The notes: a model not told the origin generated them from the letters alone. A DNA stretch of 64,000 nucleotides from Trueperaceae bacterium (GCA_965215565.1 CBDCDZ010000004.1:4000001-4064000), one strand, 5' to 3'. Numbered from the stretch's first letter, positions 18,684-29,044 are shown. Numbers and translations are program-made.

Positions 18684-19451
18684 CTACTGCCCCCTAGCCC
18701 TCCACGCCTCATACCCCGCCTCCACAAAATAAAGCCCGTGCGGTGGCACGTTCGGACCCGCTTTCTTGCGGTCTCTACTCTCCAAAATCGGCGCAATGTC
18801 GTGAGGTTGTAGCTTTCCTTCACCCACGTAGAGCAGCGTGCCTACAACGGTGCGGACCATGTTGCGCAAAAACCCGTCGGCGGCGATGTGCAGCGTGAGG
18901 TTTCGTCCCTCAACGTCTAAGCGGCAGAGGTGGACCGTGCGCACCGTCCCTCTCGTCTCTTGCGTGGCGAGCGCAGCGAAGTCCCGTGTTCCTTCAAAAT
19001 AAGCGGTGGCGGCCTGCATCGCCTCAACGTCGAGCCTTTGCGACAGAAAGAGAACGCGGTGGCGCTCTAGCGCGGTGGTCTCGAGCGAACCTCTTGTCAA
19101 ACGCATCCGGTAGACATAGCGGCGGTAGCGGCAGCTAAACTGGCTCTCGAACTCGGGTCCAACCTCTTCCGCTTGGAGTGCGCGCACGTCGGCGGGAAGC
19201 CGTGCGTTGAGCGCTTTGGAAACTTTCTTAATAGGAATTGCGTCTTCCGTGTCGTAATGCGCCACCATCGCCAGTGCGTGGACGCCCGCGTCAGTGCGCC
19301 CCGCGCCCATGACCCGAGGGCGCGCGCCGGGGATGTTGGACAAAGCGGCTTCGATAACGCCTTGTACAGTTCGTTCGCCCGTCTTCGCCTGCACCTGCCA
19401 GCCGTAAAAGTGCGTCCCGTCGAACTCCAGGGTGAGTTTGATGCGCCTCAC
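18684..19451 (-). CDS. truA: tRNA pseudouridine(38-40) synthase
   Basis: FDGTHFYGWQ, GRTDAGVHA, GFLRNMVR, PPHGLY. Confidence 0.96.
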   Translation of the reverse strand: MRRIKLTLEFDGTHFYGWQVQAKTGERTVQGVIEAALSNIPGARPRVMGAGRTDAGVHALAMVAHYDTEDAIPIKKVSKALNARLPADVRALQAEEVGPEFESQFSCRYRRYVYRMRLTRGSLETTALERHRVLFLSQRLDVEAMQAATAYFEGTRDFAALATQETRGTVRTVHLCRLDVEGRNLTLHIAADGFLRNMVRTVVGTLLYVGEGKLQPHDIAPILESRDRKKAGPNVPPHGLYFVEAGYEAWRARGQ

Positions 19452-20338
19452 GTCGTTGATTTCGGTGAAGGTTGCGAAGGGGGCGTCGGCGTTAGATGGG
19501 TCAACTTCGCTAGGTAAGGCGTCAAGGCGAGCCCGGTGTAGCCGATGAGGAAATAGCGCACGAAGCCAACCAGAGCGTTTCTCTTGACCTCTTCGCTAAG
19601 GAGGAGGCTCGAGCCAAAGAGCGCCGCGAACACGAGTACGAGCCCCAAGAGCGTCACCAGAACGCGCCGCCATATGCGCCCCTCAGCGCGGTAGGGGACG
19701 AATAGTGGTGCAGTCGCGAACGCCGCCAACCCGCCCATCAGCACCTCAGAATCGGGCGTTGATAAAAAGAGGTGTAGAGCGAGAGGTACAAGGAGTCCGA
19801 GCGTAAAGAGAACGCCTTTAGAGGGTGGCGTGAAGGTGTCTACCCAGCGGTCAACGCCGAGAAAGAGTCCGACTAAAACCGCGCCGATAATGAGCCCGCC
19901 GATGATATCGAGGGGTATGTGAACGCCCAGATAGATTCGGCTGAGTGAAATAAGCGCAACGAGTAGCGCGGCGAGGGTCCAAAACCATATCTTACGAACC
20001 CTCAAAGCGAGATACCCCCAAAAGGTCGCGCTTGCCTGCGCGTGTCCGCTCGGAAAGCCCGGACCTGCGCCTGTTGCAACCGCCGCCGGGCTCCGCGCAA
20101 GCTCAGGGTCAATTGTGTAGGGGCGCGGCGTGTCGATGAGACCCTTGAGGTGAAAGTTGAGGTAGAAACTGACGAGCAAGTAGACCGCGACGCGCTGACC
20201 CAAGCGCGCGTCGAACGCCAGGTAGGTCACGAGCAAAAAGGCGATGTAGGCGAGTTCTGAGCCTAAGTTGGTGACGAAGAGCAGCAGCGCGTCCAAGGTA
20301 GGTGAGGCGAACTGTTGTAAGTAGAGGATGGTGTCCAT
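19448..20338 (-). CDS. PAP2 family phosphatase
   Basis: K..IDTPRP, FPSGHA, SRIYLGVH; leaderless TAGAAT box. Confidence 0.9.
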   Translation of the reverse strand: MDTILYLQQFASPTLDALLLFVTNLGSELAYIAFLLVTYLAFDARLGQRVAVYLLVSFYLNFHLKGLIDTPRPYTIDPELARSPAAVATGAGPGFPSGHAQASATFWGYLALRVRKIWFWTLAALLVALISLSRIYLGVHIPLDIIGGLIIGAVLVGLFLGVDRWVDTFTPPSKGVLFTLGLLVPLALHLFLSTPDSEVLMGGLAAFATAPLFVPYRAEGRIWRRVLVTLLGLVLVFAALFGSSLLLSEEVKRNALVGFVRYFLIGYTGLALTPYLAKLTHLTPTPPSQPSPKSTT

Positions 20339-20425
20339 TAGGGCTATTCTAGCGAGTCAAGAGGTCGGGGGCGTGCAAGTAGACTATCGCCGAGTTGAGT
20401 CTGCACGTCTTAGCTTGAGAATAAA

Positions 20426-20490
20426 GCTGTTAGCTCTTAGCCGTTAGCTTTTAACCTTTGCTAATACCTGACAGCTAATAGCTAAAGGCT
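20426..20490. repeat. Heptamer tandem repeats in inverted arrangement
   Basis: GCTGTTA GCTCTTA GCCGTTA GCTTTTA ... GCTAATA CCTGACA GCTAATA GCTAAAG. Confidence 0.7.
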
Positions 20491-20503
20491 TCTGCACAGA
20501 GTG

Positions 20504-20902
20504 TCAGCACCATCCTAAATGTGTGTCCTTGAAGCCACTCGAGTACTTCAGCCCATACCCAATCATCCGGTCTAACCCAATATGCGCAAACCAGATGAGC
20601 GCGACGCTCCCCATAAGAGGTTGACCTGCGAAGAAGCCGAACGCGAGCAGCGCGGCAGGTAGCGGGTAGCTGTGAAAGAGGTTGTAAACGTGCGCCCCCG
20701 AGCGCTTGCTGAAGAGGTAGCCGAGCATCGCTACGTCCGGCGTGAGGAGGAGCAAGGCGAACAAAAGCCAGTGTCCACCGAGTGCGAAATACGCGACTGC
20801 GCTACCAAGCATGAGGATTGCGCCCTCGAGCCTAAGCCACACCTTGGGCGCTGAGGCGTGTATAGGGGACTGCGCGGACACGGAGCGAGCGGAAATATTC
20901 AT
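20504..20902 (-). CDS. DUF4260-like membrane protein
   Basis: LRLEG, PDVAMLGY, YNLFH, HIGLDRMIGYGLKY...FKDTHLG; start at ATG 20902 after GAGG. Confidence 0.85.
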   Translation of the reverse strand: MNISARSVSAQSPIHASAPKVWLRLEGAILMLGSAVAYFALGGHWLLFALLLLTPDVAMLGYLFSKRSGAHVYNLFHSYPLPAALLAFGFFAGQPLMGSVALIWFAHIGLDRMIGYGLKYSSGFKDTHLGWC

Positions 20903-20916
20903 CTTAAACCTCTTTC

Positions 20917-20999
20917 TATTAAGACAAACATCGTTTGTCTTAATACCTAACAGTGTACGGCTTGCTCTACTTCTTGTCAAGCCGTACACTGTTAGGTAT
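20917..20999. promoter_or_regulatory. Overlapping divergent promoters with TetR operator palindromes
   Basis: TATTAAGACAAAC-ATC-GTTTGTCTTAATA; 22-bp IR at 20943-20964 and 20978-20999; TTGCTC-17-TACACT on +, TTGACA-17-TACACT on -. Confidence 0.8.
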
Positions 21000-21558
21000 G
21001 CCCTATCCCGCTAAAACGAGCCGAGATAATATCGTTAGAGAAGCTCTGAAGTTGCTAGAGGTAGAGGGTCCCGCCGCCCTCTCCATGCGCACCTTGGCGT
21101 CGAAGCTGGGGGTGAACGCCTCGAGCCTCTACCACCACTTCTCCGGTAAAGAGGTTTTAGAAAAGGCGCTCGCAGATGAGGGAGCAAGGCTTCTCTTAAA
21201 GAGGTTGGAAGCGGCGGCTCGGAATCAATTTGCCAGGGAAGCGCTAGCAGCAACTGCAGAGGCGTACCTTGCATTTTGCCGCGAGCACCCCGCGCTCTAC
21301 ACTCTGATGATGGCTCCGCGCCCTCCCGAAAAAGCTGAAGCAGGCGCGAGTAAAGACCTTTGGAACTTTGTACTCGAGCGCATAGGGGAGGTGACAAAAC
21401 GAGAAGACGACACCGCCGCCGCTGTCGCCTTTTGGTCTTTTTTACACGGGTTTGTCAGCTTGGAACGTTCGGGACTATTTGGATTAAGCGGTGCGCAAGG
21501 AGGGTTGGAGGTGGGGCTGGGGGCTTTACTAACTGGACTTCCTGACGTCAAACGCTGA
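20998..21558 (+). CDS. TetR family regulator (WHG-type C-terminus)
   Basis: LSMRTLASKLGVNASSLYHHF HTH; FWSFLHGFVSLE; leaderless ATG at 20998. Confidence 0.9.
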   Translation: MPYPAKTSRDNIVREALKLLEVEGPAALSMRTLASKLGVNASSLYHHFSGKEVLEKALADEGARLLLKRLEAAARNQFAREALAATAEAYLAFCREHPALYTLMMAPRPPEKAEAGASKDLWNFVLERIGEVTKREDDTAAAVAFWSFLHGFVSLERSGLFGLSGAQGGLEVGLGALLTGLPDVKR

Positions 21559-21644
21559 AGAGGAAGTCCTGGCAAGCTGACTCGCTGAGATGCCAACCCA
21601 CGACTGCCTGACCCACGCTCGTCTAACCCACGTCTGCCCGAACG

Positions 21645-22715
21645 TCAACGCCCTTGCAACTTTTCCGCCTCCTCCCGACTGAATCCAACCTCTTCGCCTG
21701 CCGCCAAAATACCCTCCCACGCTCTATCCGCAAGAGGTATGCCCCCTTTCTGCCGCGTCTCTTTGGCGCGGCGTTCGGGGTCACCGGGGGACAAGACGGG
21801 TTTGTCGGCGTCGGCGGGCGGCGAGGCTTTGAAGTAGCGGACCGTCGCGTCGATTTCGGCGCGCATCCAGGGGATGTCGGTGAGCTTCGCCGGGTCAACT
21901 ACAAAGGTGAGCATGTTGTTTACGATACTGCCTTGCCGCTCGTGACCGGGCTGAATCGTGCCGCCGCCCGATAAAACGCCGCCCAAAAGTTCGCAGAAGA
22001 GCGCCAAACCGTAGCCCTTGTGGTCGCCGAGGGGTAAGAGTGCGCCGTAAGGTTCGCTGAACATCACATTCGGATCATTTGTCGGTTTTCCTTGCCCATC
22101 CAAGAGCCTGCCGTCATCCACCTCTACCCCTTGGTTCATCGCCACGCGCGTTTTTCCCAGTGCGATTTTGCTCGTCGCCATGTCTAAAAGTAGTGGCTCG
22201 GTCTCGTCGCTGCCAGGCATGGCGATACAGATGGGGTTCGTGCCGTAGCGGGCATCGGTGCCGCCGAACGGTGCCACCAGCGGGCGGTGGTCCGTGACGT
22301 TGACGAAGTGCAGCGAGACGAGACCCGCCTCGATACTCCGCTCGCCGTACGTGCCGATGCGCCCGATGTGGTGCGCGTTACGCAAGGTCATCAGCACTAA
22401 GCCTGCTTCTTTGCAGCGCTCAATGGCGGCGTCCATCGCCTCCAACGCCACCCGCTGTCCGTAGCCTCTGCGCCCACCGAACACGAGGATGGACCCCTCA
22501 TCTTTGACCTTTTCTACCGCTGTATTCGGTTTGAGCAGCCCCGCTTTAAGGTGCTTGACATAGGTAGGGATCATGCCGACGCCGTGCGAGTCGTGCCCGC
22601 TGAGGTTGGCTCTTACCAGATGGTCTGTGACAAGTTCGGCTTCGTGCTCACTGCTGCCCCCCGCCATGATGATGCGGCGGACGACCTCTCTAAGTTGCGG
22701 TTCGGCGATCTGCAT
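21645..22715 (-). CDS. Ldh_2 family (malate/L-lactate/ureidoglycolate) dehydrogenase
   Basis: GHDSHG, HHIGRIG, GTNP, LLDMATS, HKGYGLA; start at MQIAE after GAGGAG. Confidence 0.9.
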   Translation of the reverse strand: MQIAEPQLREVVRRIIMAGGSSEHEAELVTDHLVRANLSGHDSHGVGMIPTYVKHLKAGLLKPNTAVEKVKDEGSILVFGGRRGYGQRVALEAMDAAIERCKEAGLVLMTLRNAHHIGRIGTYGERSIEAGLVSLHFVNVTDHRPLVAPFGGTDARYGTNPICIAMPGSDETEPLLLDMATSKIALGKTRVAMNQGVEVDDGRLLDGQGKPTNDPNVMFSEPYGALLPLGDHKGYGLALFCELLGGVLSGGGTIQPGHERQGSIVNNMLTFVVDPAKLTDIPWMRAEIDATVRYFKASPPADADKPVLSPGDPERRAKETRQKGGIPLADRAWEGILAAGEEVGFSREEAEKLQGR

Positions 22716-22981
22716 ACGCGCTCCTCTTCTTTTCGCTAGTAAGGTGCGCTCAGGATAACGCAAAAGTCGTGCACTCCTTACATGAGACCACCAAACTATC
22801 TGTAAAACATCATCGTGAAATTCCTCATTATGCCCGTGGCTGCGTAGATTTTTCACGCGCTTTGAACCGTGCGTGGCGGTATAACGAATACGTGCTAAAT
22901 TCATTAACTGTTCATTTTGTAGCGAAGTCAATCTAGTCAACCTGACACCTTTAGCACGCCGAGTCGGGAAAGGGTAGCCAC

Positions 22982-25642
22982 GTGACACCTCAGTCTGAGA
23001 AGAACGCTATTTTACGCAAAATCAAAGAGATTCGCTCTCAGCTTGTGCAGCTCGAGAACGGCGGCGAGCTGTCCAACCTCTTCCGCCAGATGCTCGACGC
23101 CACCGATAACGTCATCACCATCGCCGACGCGACCTTGCCCGATAAACCACTCCTCTACGTCAATAAGCAATTTGAAGAGCTGACGGGCTACAGCTTCGAC
23201 GAGATTGTGGGTCAAAACTGCCGCTTTTTGCAAGGCGACGACCGTGACCAGAGTGAACTGGAGCGGCTGCGCCGGGCGATCAAAAAGGGTGAAAACGTCC
23301 GCGTCGAGCTGCGCAACTACCGCAAGAACGGCGCGATGTTTTGGAACGAACTCTATCTAACCGCCATCTATGACCAGTCGGGCGAACTCAAGTATTTTTT
23401 AGGGGTGCAAAACGACATCACCGAGCTTAAAGAACTCTTCGAGAGCGAGCGCGACTTGCGCCAGGTGATGGGCAGCTTCATGGCGTTCGCGGGGATGCTC
23501 TCGTTGGAGGGCGAGGTGCTGCGCGTGGACCAGAGCACCTTGAAAACGGCGGCGCTTAGCCTCGAAGAGGTGCTTTACGATCCACTCGAGGAGACCGTCT
23601 GGTGGTCTCACTCCGAAGCGGTGAAGCGCAAGCTTAGAGAGGCGATTGCGTCGGGCAAAGAGGGTAAGACCTGCCGCACCGACCTCAAAATGCGCGTATC
23701 GAGCGAGGCGGGCAACGAGAAATTTATCACCGTAGATTTTTGCGTCACGCCCCGTTTCGACTCACAGGGAAACTTAGCGCAACTCATCGCCACGGGCACG
23801 GATATTTCGGAGCGCAAAGAGGCTGAAGAGGGTTTGCGCCGCCGCACCCGTGAGTTCGTGACTTTAGTTGAAAATACCCCCGATATCATCGCCCGCTTCG
23901 ACCGCGAGTTGCGCTACGTCTACGTCAACTCGGCGGTGGAGAAGGCGATAGGGCTCAGCGCGCGTGAGGTAATTGGGAGGCGGCTCGAGGCGTTCGACAA
24001 GACAGACGCGCACACGATATGGAATGGCACGCTGCAAGAGGTCTTCTGGAGCGGGCGCGAGGTGGAGTTAGAGATTCGCTACCCCTCCTCGCAGGGTGAG
24101 CAGACTTACATCTGTCACTTCGTGCCCGAGTGGAACGCCGCTGAGACTTCAGAAGATACGTGCGAAGAAGCGTCCGCGAAACCCAAAGAGCCAGACACCG
24201 TCCTGGTCATCAGCCGCAACGTCACTACCCAAAAGCAGACCGAAGCGGCGCTTAAAGAAACGCAGACTGAGTTGCTGCGCCAAATCAATACCCTTCGCGC
24301 GACCGAAGCTGAGCTGCAACGCGCCAACGAGCGGCTCTACCACGACGCTTTTCACGACTCGCTGACCGGGCTACCCAACCGCGCGTTGTTCATGGACCGT
24401 CTCGCCCAGATCATCAAGCACCAGCGGCGCGAGCCCGAGCGGACCGCCGCCGTGCTCTTTTTGGACTTCGACCGCTTTAAGATCGTCAACGACTCGCTCG
24501 GGCACGCCGCCGGGGACGCGCTCTTAGTCAGCGTCGGCGAGCGCCTCAAGATGTGCGTGCGCCCCGCTGACACCGTCGCCCGCTTGGGCGGCGACGAGTT
24601 CGCGATTCTATTAGAAGATATCGAAGAGGCGCAAGCGGTTCAGGTGGCGCAGCGCATTATGGACGCCTTCAAAGACCCTGTGAACGTCGAGGAGCATAGC
24701 CTCTATACGAGCGCCAGCATCGGCGTCGTGACGAGCACCGGCGCGTACAAGAGCGCCAGCGACGCGATGCGCGACGCTGACATCGCGATGTACCGCGCCA
24801 AAGGGGAGAGCCGGGGCACCTACCGCGTCTTTAACGAAAACATGCACCGCCAAGTTGTCGCGACGATGTCTTTAGAAAAGGAGTTGCATAGGGCCCTGGA
24901 GCAAGGGGAGTTCAGGGTTGTGTATCAGCCGATCGTAGCGACTCGTAGCGGCGCACTGATGGGCTTCGAGGCGCTCCTCAGGTGGTCACATCCGCAACGC
25001 GGCGAGGTGCCGCCCGCCGACTTTCTGCCGCTCGCCGAAGAGATGGGGCTCATGGTCAAGTTGGACCGCTACGTGTGGCGCACGGCGTGTCAGCAGGTGA
25101 AGGTGTGGCAAGAGCACCTCATCGCTCCCTTGGGGCTCTCCCTCAACCTCTCGTCACAGCACGCGCTCTACCCGGACCTCACAGGGGAGCTTAACGACAT
25201 CTTGCGGAGCACCAGTTTTAGCGCGTCGCAACTCACCCTGGAAATCACCGAGGGTGCACTCATCGACGCTTCGCAGTCGGTTCGCAACACCTTCAAGGCG
25301 CTCAAGTCGCTAGGCATCAAGCTCCACTTGGACGACTTCGGTACGGGCTACTCGTCCTTATCCTACTTGCAACGTTTTCCTGTAGACGCGCTTAAAATTG
25401 ACCGCAGCTTTATCGACAACATGCAGCACCTAGAGGAGAGCGCCGAACTGGTGCGCACCATCATCAACATGGCGCAAAATTTGGGGCTCGAGGTCATCGC
25501 CGAAGGCGTCGAAACCGAAGCGCAGTTAGCGCAGCTCAGGCGTTTGGGCTGCACGTACAGCCAGGGCTTTCTCTTCTCCAAGCCGCTTTCTGAGGCGAGG
25601 GTGCTGCCCTTTATTGACCACATGCGGCAGGCGCTTTCGTAG
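22982..25642 (+). CDS. LOV-PAS-PAS-GGDEF-EAL c-di-GMP enzyme
   Basis: GQNCRFLQG LOV motif, NYRKNG..FWNEL, GGDEF, EALLRW, DDFGTGYSSL, EGVET. Confidence 0.93.
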   Translation: MTPQSEKNAILRKIKEIRSQLVQLENGGELSNLFRQMLDATDNVITIADATLPDKPLLYVNKQFEELTGYSFDEIVGQNCRFLQGDDRDQSELERLRRAIKKGENVRVELRNYRKNGAMFWNELYLTAIYDQSGELKYFLGVQNDITELKELFESERDLRQVMGSFMAFAGMLSLEGEVLRVDQSTLKTAALSLEEVLYDPLEETVWWSHSEAVKRKLREAIASGKEGKTCRTDLKMRVSSEAGNEKFITVDFCVTPRFDSQGNLAQLIATGTDISERKEAEEGLRRRTREFVTLVENTPDIIARFDRELRYVYVNSAVEKAIGLSAREVIGRRLEAFDKTDAHTIWNGTLQEVFWSGREVELEIRYPSSQGEQTYICHFVPEWNAAETSEDTCEEASAKPKEPDTVLVISRNVTTQKQTEAALKETQTELLRQINTLRATEAELQRANERLYHDAFHDSLTGLPNRALFMDRLAQIIKHQRREPERTAAVLFLDFDRFKIVNDSLGHAAGDALLVSVGERLKMCVRPADTVARLGGDEFAILLEDIEEAQAVQVAQRIMDAFKDPVNVEEHSLYTSASIGVVTSTGAYKSASDAMRDADIAMYRAKGESRGTYRVFNENMHRQVVATMSLEKELHRALEQGEFRVVYQPIVATRSGALMGFEALLRWSHPQRGEVPPADFLPLAEEMGLMVKLDRYVWRTACQQVKVWQEHLIAPLGLSLNLSSQHALYPDLTGELNDILRSTSFSASQLTLEITEGALIDASQSVRNTFKALKSLGIKLHLDDFGTGYSSLSYLQRFPVDALKIDRSFIDNMQHLEESAELVRTIINMAQNLGLEVIAEGVETEAQLAQLRRLGCTYSQGFLFSKPLSEARVLPFIDHMRQALS

Positions 25643-25707
25643 CTGTGTGGAGGCTAATTTAGATTACTGTAAGATTTATGTGAGATACGCCTTGCTAGGT
25701 TAGCTAT

Positions 25708-26832
25708 ATGGACGCTTCTCGCTCCCGACACGACGCCCTGGCGCGCCGTAAGTTCTACCTGCTTACGCTCGGCTGGGGCATTTTCTCGACCCTTCTCATC
25801 AGTTCCATCTATCAACTTACACCTTTCGCGAGCCTCTACGAAACCTGCATTTTCCTAGTCATCCTCTCGCTCGCTATCTGTTTGGTGTCTCTTTGGCTCA
25901 AACCGAGCAGTTTGCGTGTGGTCGAGTGGAGCCTTTTGGGGGTCATGATCGTCTATGACTTCACTATCCTCGCCTGCATTATGTATGTCGGCCCGGATGA
26001 GCTTATCCCTAGCCTTGTCACGGGCTTTCTCCTCTGGGCCTCGTTCCGCTTCGTCTGGGCCTTTCTCGTGTTGGGACCTAAAGACGGTTTCAAGGTCTCC
26101 ACCGGTTATCTCGTCGGCATGGTTCTTTTTAGCCTGCCTTACCTCTTCGGCGCAGTTCCGCCCAGGGAGGCTGACCTCATCGTCAGGTTTCTTATCATCG
26201 CCTTTCCTATCGTAAGTTCGGCGTATCTCACGGCGCTCTACGCTTTTGCTCACTTCTTAAAAGAGAGTGTGCACGCCCGCGCGAAAGCGGAGGTCGTCGC
26301 CGAACTCGCCTACACCGATGCGCTTACCGGCCTGCCCAACCGTTTGCTGTTCGAAGACCGCTTGAAGCAGACCGTCTCTCGAGCGGAGCGTGAGGGTAAG
26401 GGTTTTGCGCTTATCTTCGTCGATCTCGACCGCTTCAAGTCGGTCAACGATACTTTGGGGCACCGCGCAGGTGACTCCCTTCTCAAAGAGATTGGGGCGC
26501 GTATGAAGGCGCGGCTGCGGACCTCAGACACGCTTGCCCGCATCAGCGGAGACGAGTTCGCCGTCATCCTCCACGAGGTCGAAACGTACAAAGCTGCCGA
26601 AGCTGCCGCTACAACCTTGTTGAGCGCCTTTGACAAAGCGTTCGATTTAGACGGTGCGACGCGCTACGCAGGAGCGAGTCTAGGAGTTGCGCTCTACCCA
26701 GAGCACGGTGCGACGCCTGACGATCTCCTCGTACACGCAGACAGCGCCATGTACATGGCGAAAGAGCGGGGGCGGTGCTGCTACCAGGTCTATCACCCAA
26801 GCAAGCTAGCCCACTCAGCCTCAGCCGCTTAG
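25708..26832 (+). CDS. Membrane-anchored diguanylate cyclase
   Basis: About 6 N-terminal TM segments; DALTGLPNR, DLDRFKSVND, SGDEF with an RxxD I-site. Confidence 0.88.
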   Translation: MDASRSRHDALARRKFYLLTLGWGIFSTLLISSIYQLTPFASLYETCIFLVILSLAICLVSLWLKPSSLRVVEWSLLGVMIVYDFTILACIMYVGPDELIPSLVTGFLLWASFRFVWAFLVLGPKDGFKVSTGYLVGMVLFSLPYLFGAVPPREADLIVRFLIIAFPIVSSAYLTALYAFAHFLKESVHARAKAEVVAELAYTDALTGLPNRLLFEDRLKQTVSRAEREGKGFALIFVDLDRFKSVNDTLGHRAGDSLLKEIGARMKARLRTSDTLARISGDEFAVILHEVETYKAAEAAATTLLSAFDKAFDLDGATRYAGASLGVALYPEHGATPDDLLVHADSAMYMAKERGRCCYQVYHPSKLAHSASAA

Positions 26833-27585
26833 CAGCTCCAACACCTCAGGCAGCAGCGTTCGCGTAGTGCTCAGCGCCTCGTTCCCATAGATCGTCTCGT
26901 TGCCCGCCCAGTCGCCGAAATAGCCACCTGCCTCACGCAGCAGTACGGGGAAGGGTCCGCAGTCCCAGGCGTTTATGACAGGGTCTAACATCAGCTCGAC
27001 GCGCCCCGTCGCCACGAGCATGTGTCCGTAAGCGTCGGACCAGCCGACGCGGTACGCCGCCGTATGATGGATACGCCCCCAAGACGCGCCGCGCCCGTAG
27101 CGCTCGAAGTTGCCCATATCTGTAAAAGAAACTGTACTCTGGGCGAGCGTCTGCGTTTGCGCCACCCGCACGCGCCGCCCGTTAAGGTAACAGCCTTCGC
27201 CCGTCGCGGCGTACGCCATTTCGCCCAAGGCCGGGAAATAGGCGACGCCCACCTCCACCTTGCCTTCGATCTCCAAACCCATCAGCACCCCGTAGAGCGG
27301 CACGCCGCGCACGAACGACTTGGTGCCGTCGATGGGATCGAGCAGCCAGCGGTGACTTTTACCTTCTTTCTCTGCAAATTCCTCGCCCAAGATGCCGTGC
27401 TCCGGGTACGCCTTTTCGATGCGGCGGCGCATCAGTTCTTCAGCTTGGCGGTCTGCCACCGTCACAGGCGTCTCGTCCTCTTTTAGCTCACTCTGGACGC
27501 CCCGGTTGAAGTAGCCGAGCGTGAGTTGTCCAGCTTCGTGAGCGGTCTCTACGGCGAAGTCTAAAAAGTGGCGTAAGGGTGCCAT
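26821..27585 (-). CDS. hisN: Inositol monophosphatase family, histidinol-phosphatase-like
   Basis: TPVTVADR, GEE, DPIDGTKSFVRGVP, WD..P...REAGG. Confidence 0.75.
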   Translation of the reverse strand: MAPLRHFLDFAVETAHEAGQLTLGYFNRGVQSELKEDETPVTVADRQAEELMRRRIEKAYPEHGILGEEFAEKEGKSHRWLLDPIDGTKSFVRGVPLYGVLMGLEIEGKVEVGVAYFPALGEMAYAATGEGCYLNGRRVRVAQTQTLAQSTVSFTDMGNFERYGRGASWGRIHHTAAYRVGWSDAYGHMLVATGRVELMLDPVINAWDCGPFPVLLREAGGYFGDWAGNETIYGNEALSTTRTLLPEVLELLSG

Positions 27586-27594
27586 GAAGTCTCC

Positions 27595-29043
27595 CTACCT
27601 AAGGACGCCTCGAGCCGATTCCCCAACCGACGACTCAAAGACGCGCTCGTACAGCTCTTCGAACCTATTATACGCTTCCCCTAGCCTCGACTGTTCGTTC
27701 GGTTTGATGAGCGCGTCTTTCGTCACCTTTAAGGGCAAGTCTTCGCCTTGCGACAGCGCCGCCAAGCGCGCCGCGCCGCGCACCGAGGCGTCGGGGAGGG
27801 TGACGGGCGCTAAAGGGACGCCGAGCACATCCGCTAGGAGCTGTTGCCACTGCGCCTCAGTGGTCCCGCCTCCTGCCAACCGCAACTGCTCAACGTCCGT
27901 CCCCGCTTCGCGGAGCGCCGAGAAGCCGTCTTTGATGGAGAAAGCGACGCCCTCCAGGGCGGCGCGGGCGAAGTGTTCTTTGCCGTGACGCCGCGAGGCT
28001 AAGAGCCAGCCGCCGCGCGCGTCGGGGTTGAGGTGCGGCGTCCGCTCACCAGTGAGGTAGGGCAAGAAGGTGAGCCCCTCCGCGCCGGGCGGGGTGCGCT
28101 CAAATGCACCGTACATCTCCGCCCAACTTAGACCGAGCAGCGTTCTTGCCCACTCGAGCGCCAAGCCCGCGTTTTGGAGCGCCGCCATCTTGTACCAACC
28201 CTCCTTAGCGGTGCGAAAGAGGTGGACGCCGCGCCCCGGTGCACCTCTAGGCTCGTCTGTTAGGGCGACGAGCTGAGCGCCGCTCCCCACCGTGAGCTGC
28301 GCCTCACCCCCTGAAAGCCCGCTGCCGAGAATCGCCGCCGCTGTGTCCGCCGCGCCGGTGGCGACGGGGAGGTGAGCCCCTAGTCCTAGCGCCTCCGCCG
28401 CCTCCGGCGAGAGCGTGCCCGCTATCTCCGCTGAGCGCCTCAGCGGAGGCAACAGTTCCGGGCGGAGCCCCAAAACCTCTAAAAGCTCCGTCGCCCAGCA
28501 GTCCTGAGCGACGTCGTAGAGCAACGTACCCGACGCATCCGAGGGCTCGCTCGCCGCCGCGCCCGTCAAGCGGAGCCGGAGCCAGTCTTTGGGTTGCAGC
28601 GCCCAGCGCGCCTCTGCGTACGCTTCCGGCTCGTGTTCGCGCAGCCAGAGCAGCGTCGGTCCCGCCATCCCCGCGACGAGCGGGTTGGCGAGGGCGTCTC
28701 GCTGCGTTTGGGGGAGCTTGCGGTAAGTGTCAAGCTGCGCAGCGCTGCGACCATCTGACCAGAGCACGGCGGGGCGAAGAGGCGTGGCGTCCTCGCGGGT
28801 CAGCACGACGCCGTGCATCTGCCCCGAGAGTCCAACGCCGCGGACCTCTTTACCGCGCTCACCGGCAGCGTCATGCACAGCCGCTATAGCAGCGTCCCAC
28901 CACGCCGCCGGGTCGCTCTCCGACCAGTTTTCATTAGGTGCCCGCACGTCGTAAGCTGCACGCCCTTCGCCTAGCGTGTCACCGTCCTCGCTCAAAAGCT
29001 GCGCCTTGAGCGAGAGCGTTCCTATGTCGATTCCGAGCCACAT
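27595..29043 (-). CDS. xylB: FGGY carbohydrate kinase, xylulokinase-like
   Basis: LGIDIGT, SGQMHG, PKDWLR, SDASGT, PYLTGERTP. Confidence 0.8.
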   Translation of the reverse strand: MWLGIDIGTLSLKAQLLSEDGDTLGEGRAAYDVRAPNENWSESDPAAWWDAAIAAVHDAAGERGKEVRGVGLSGQMHGVVLTREDATPLRPAVLWSDGRSAAQLDTYRKLPQTQRDALANPLVAGMAGPTLLWLREHEPEAYAEARWALQPKDWLRLRLTGAAASEPSDASGTLLYDVAQDCWATELLEVLGLRPELLPPLRRSAEIAGTLSPEAAEALGLGAHLPVATGAADTAAAILGSGLSGGEAQLTVGSGAQLVALTDEPRGAPGRGVHLFRTAKEGWYKMAALQNAGLALEWARTLLGLSWAEMYGAFERTPPGAEGLTFLPYLTGERTPHLNPDARGGWLLASRRHGKEHFARAALEGVAFSIKDGFSALREAGTDVEQLRLAGGGTTEAQWQQLLADVLGVPLAPVTLPDASVRGAARLAALSQGEDLPLKVTKDALIKPNEQSRLGEAYNRFEELYERVFESSVGESARGVLR

Positions 29044-29044
29044 A

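Noticed and set aside
21645..22988. 90-aa N-terminal extension of the Ldh_2 protein (similar extensions on coaX, floA, usp and the ORF at 7639)
   Set aside because: Better starts with an SD or -10 box lie downstream, and the extensions cross intergenic or repeat DNA
26821..26832. 12-bp convergent overlap of the DGC and hisN-like genes
   Set aside because: Short 3' overlaps of convergent genes are common
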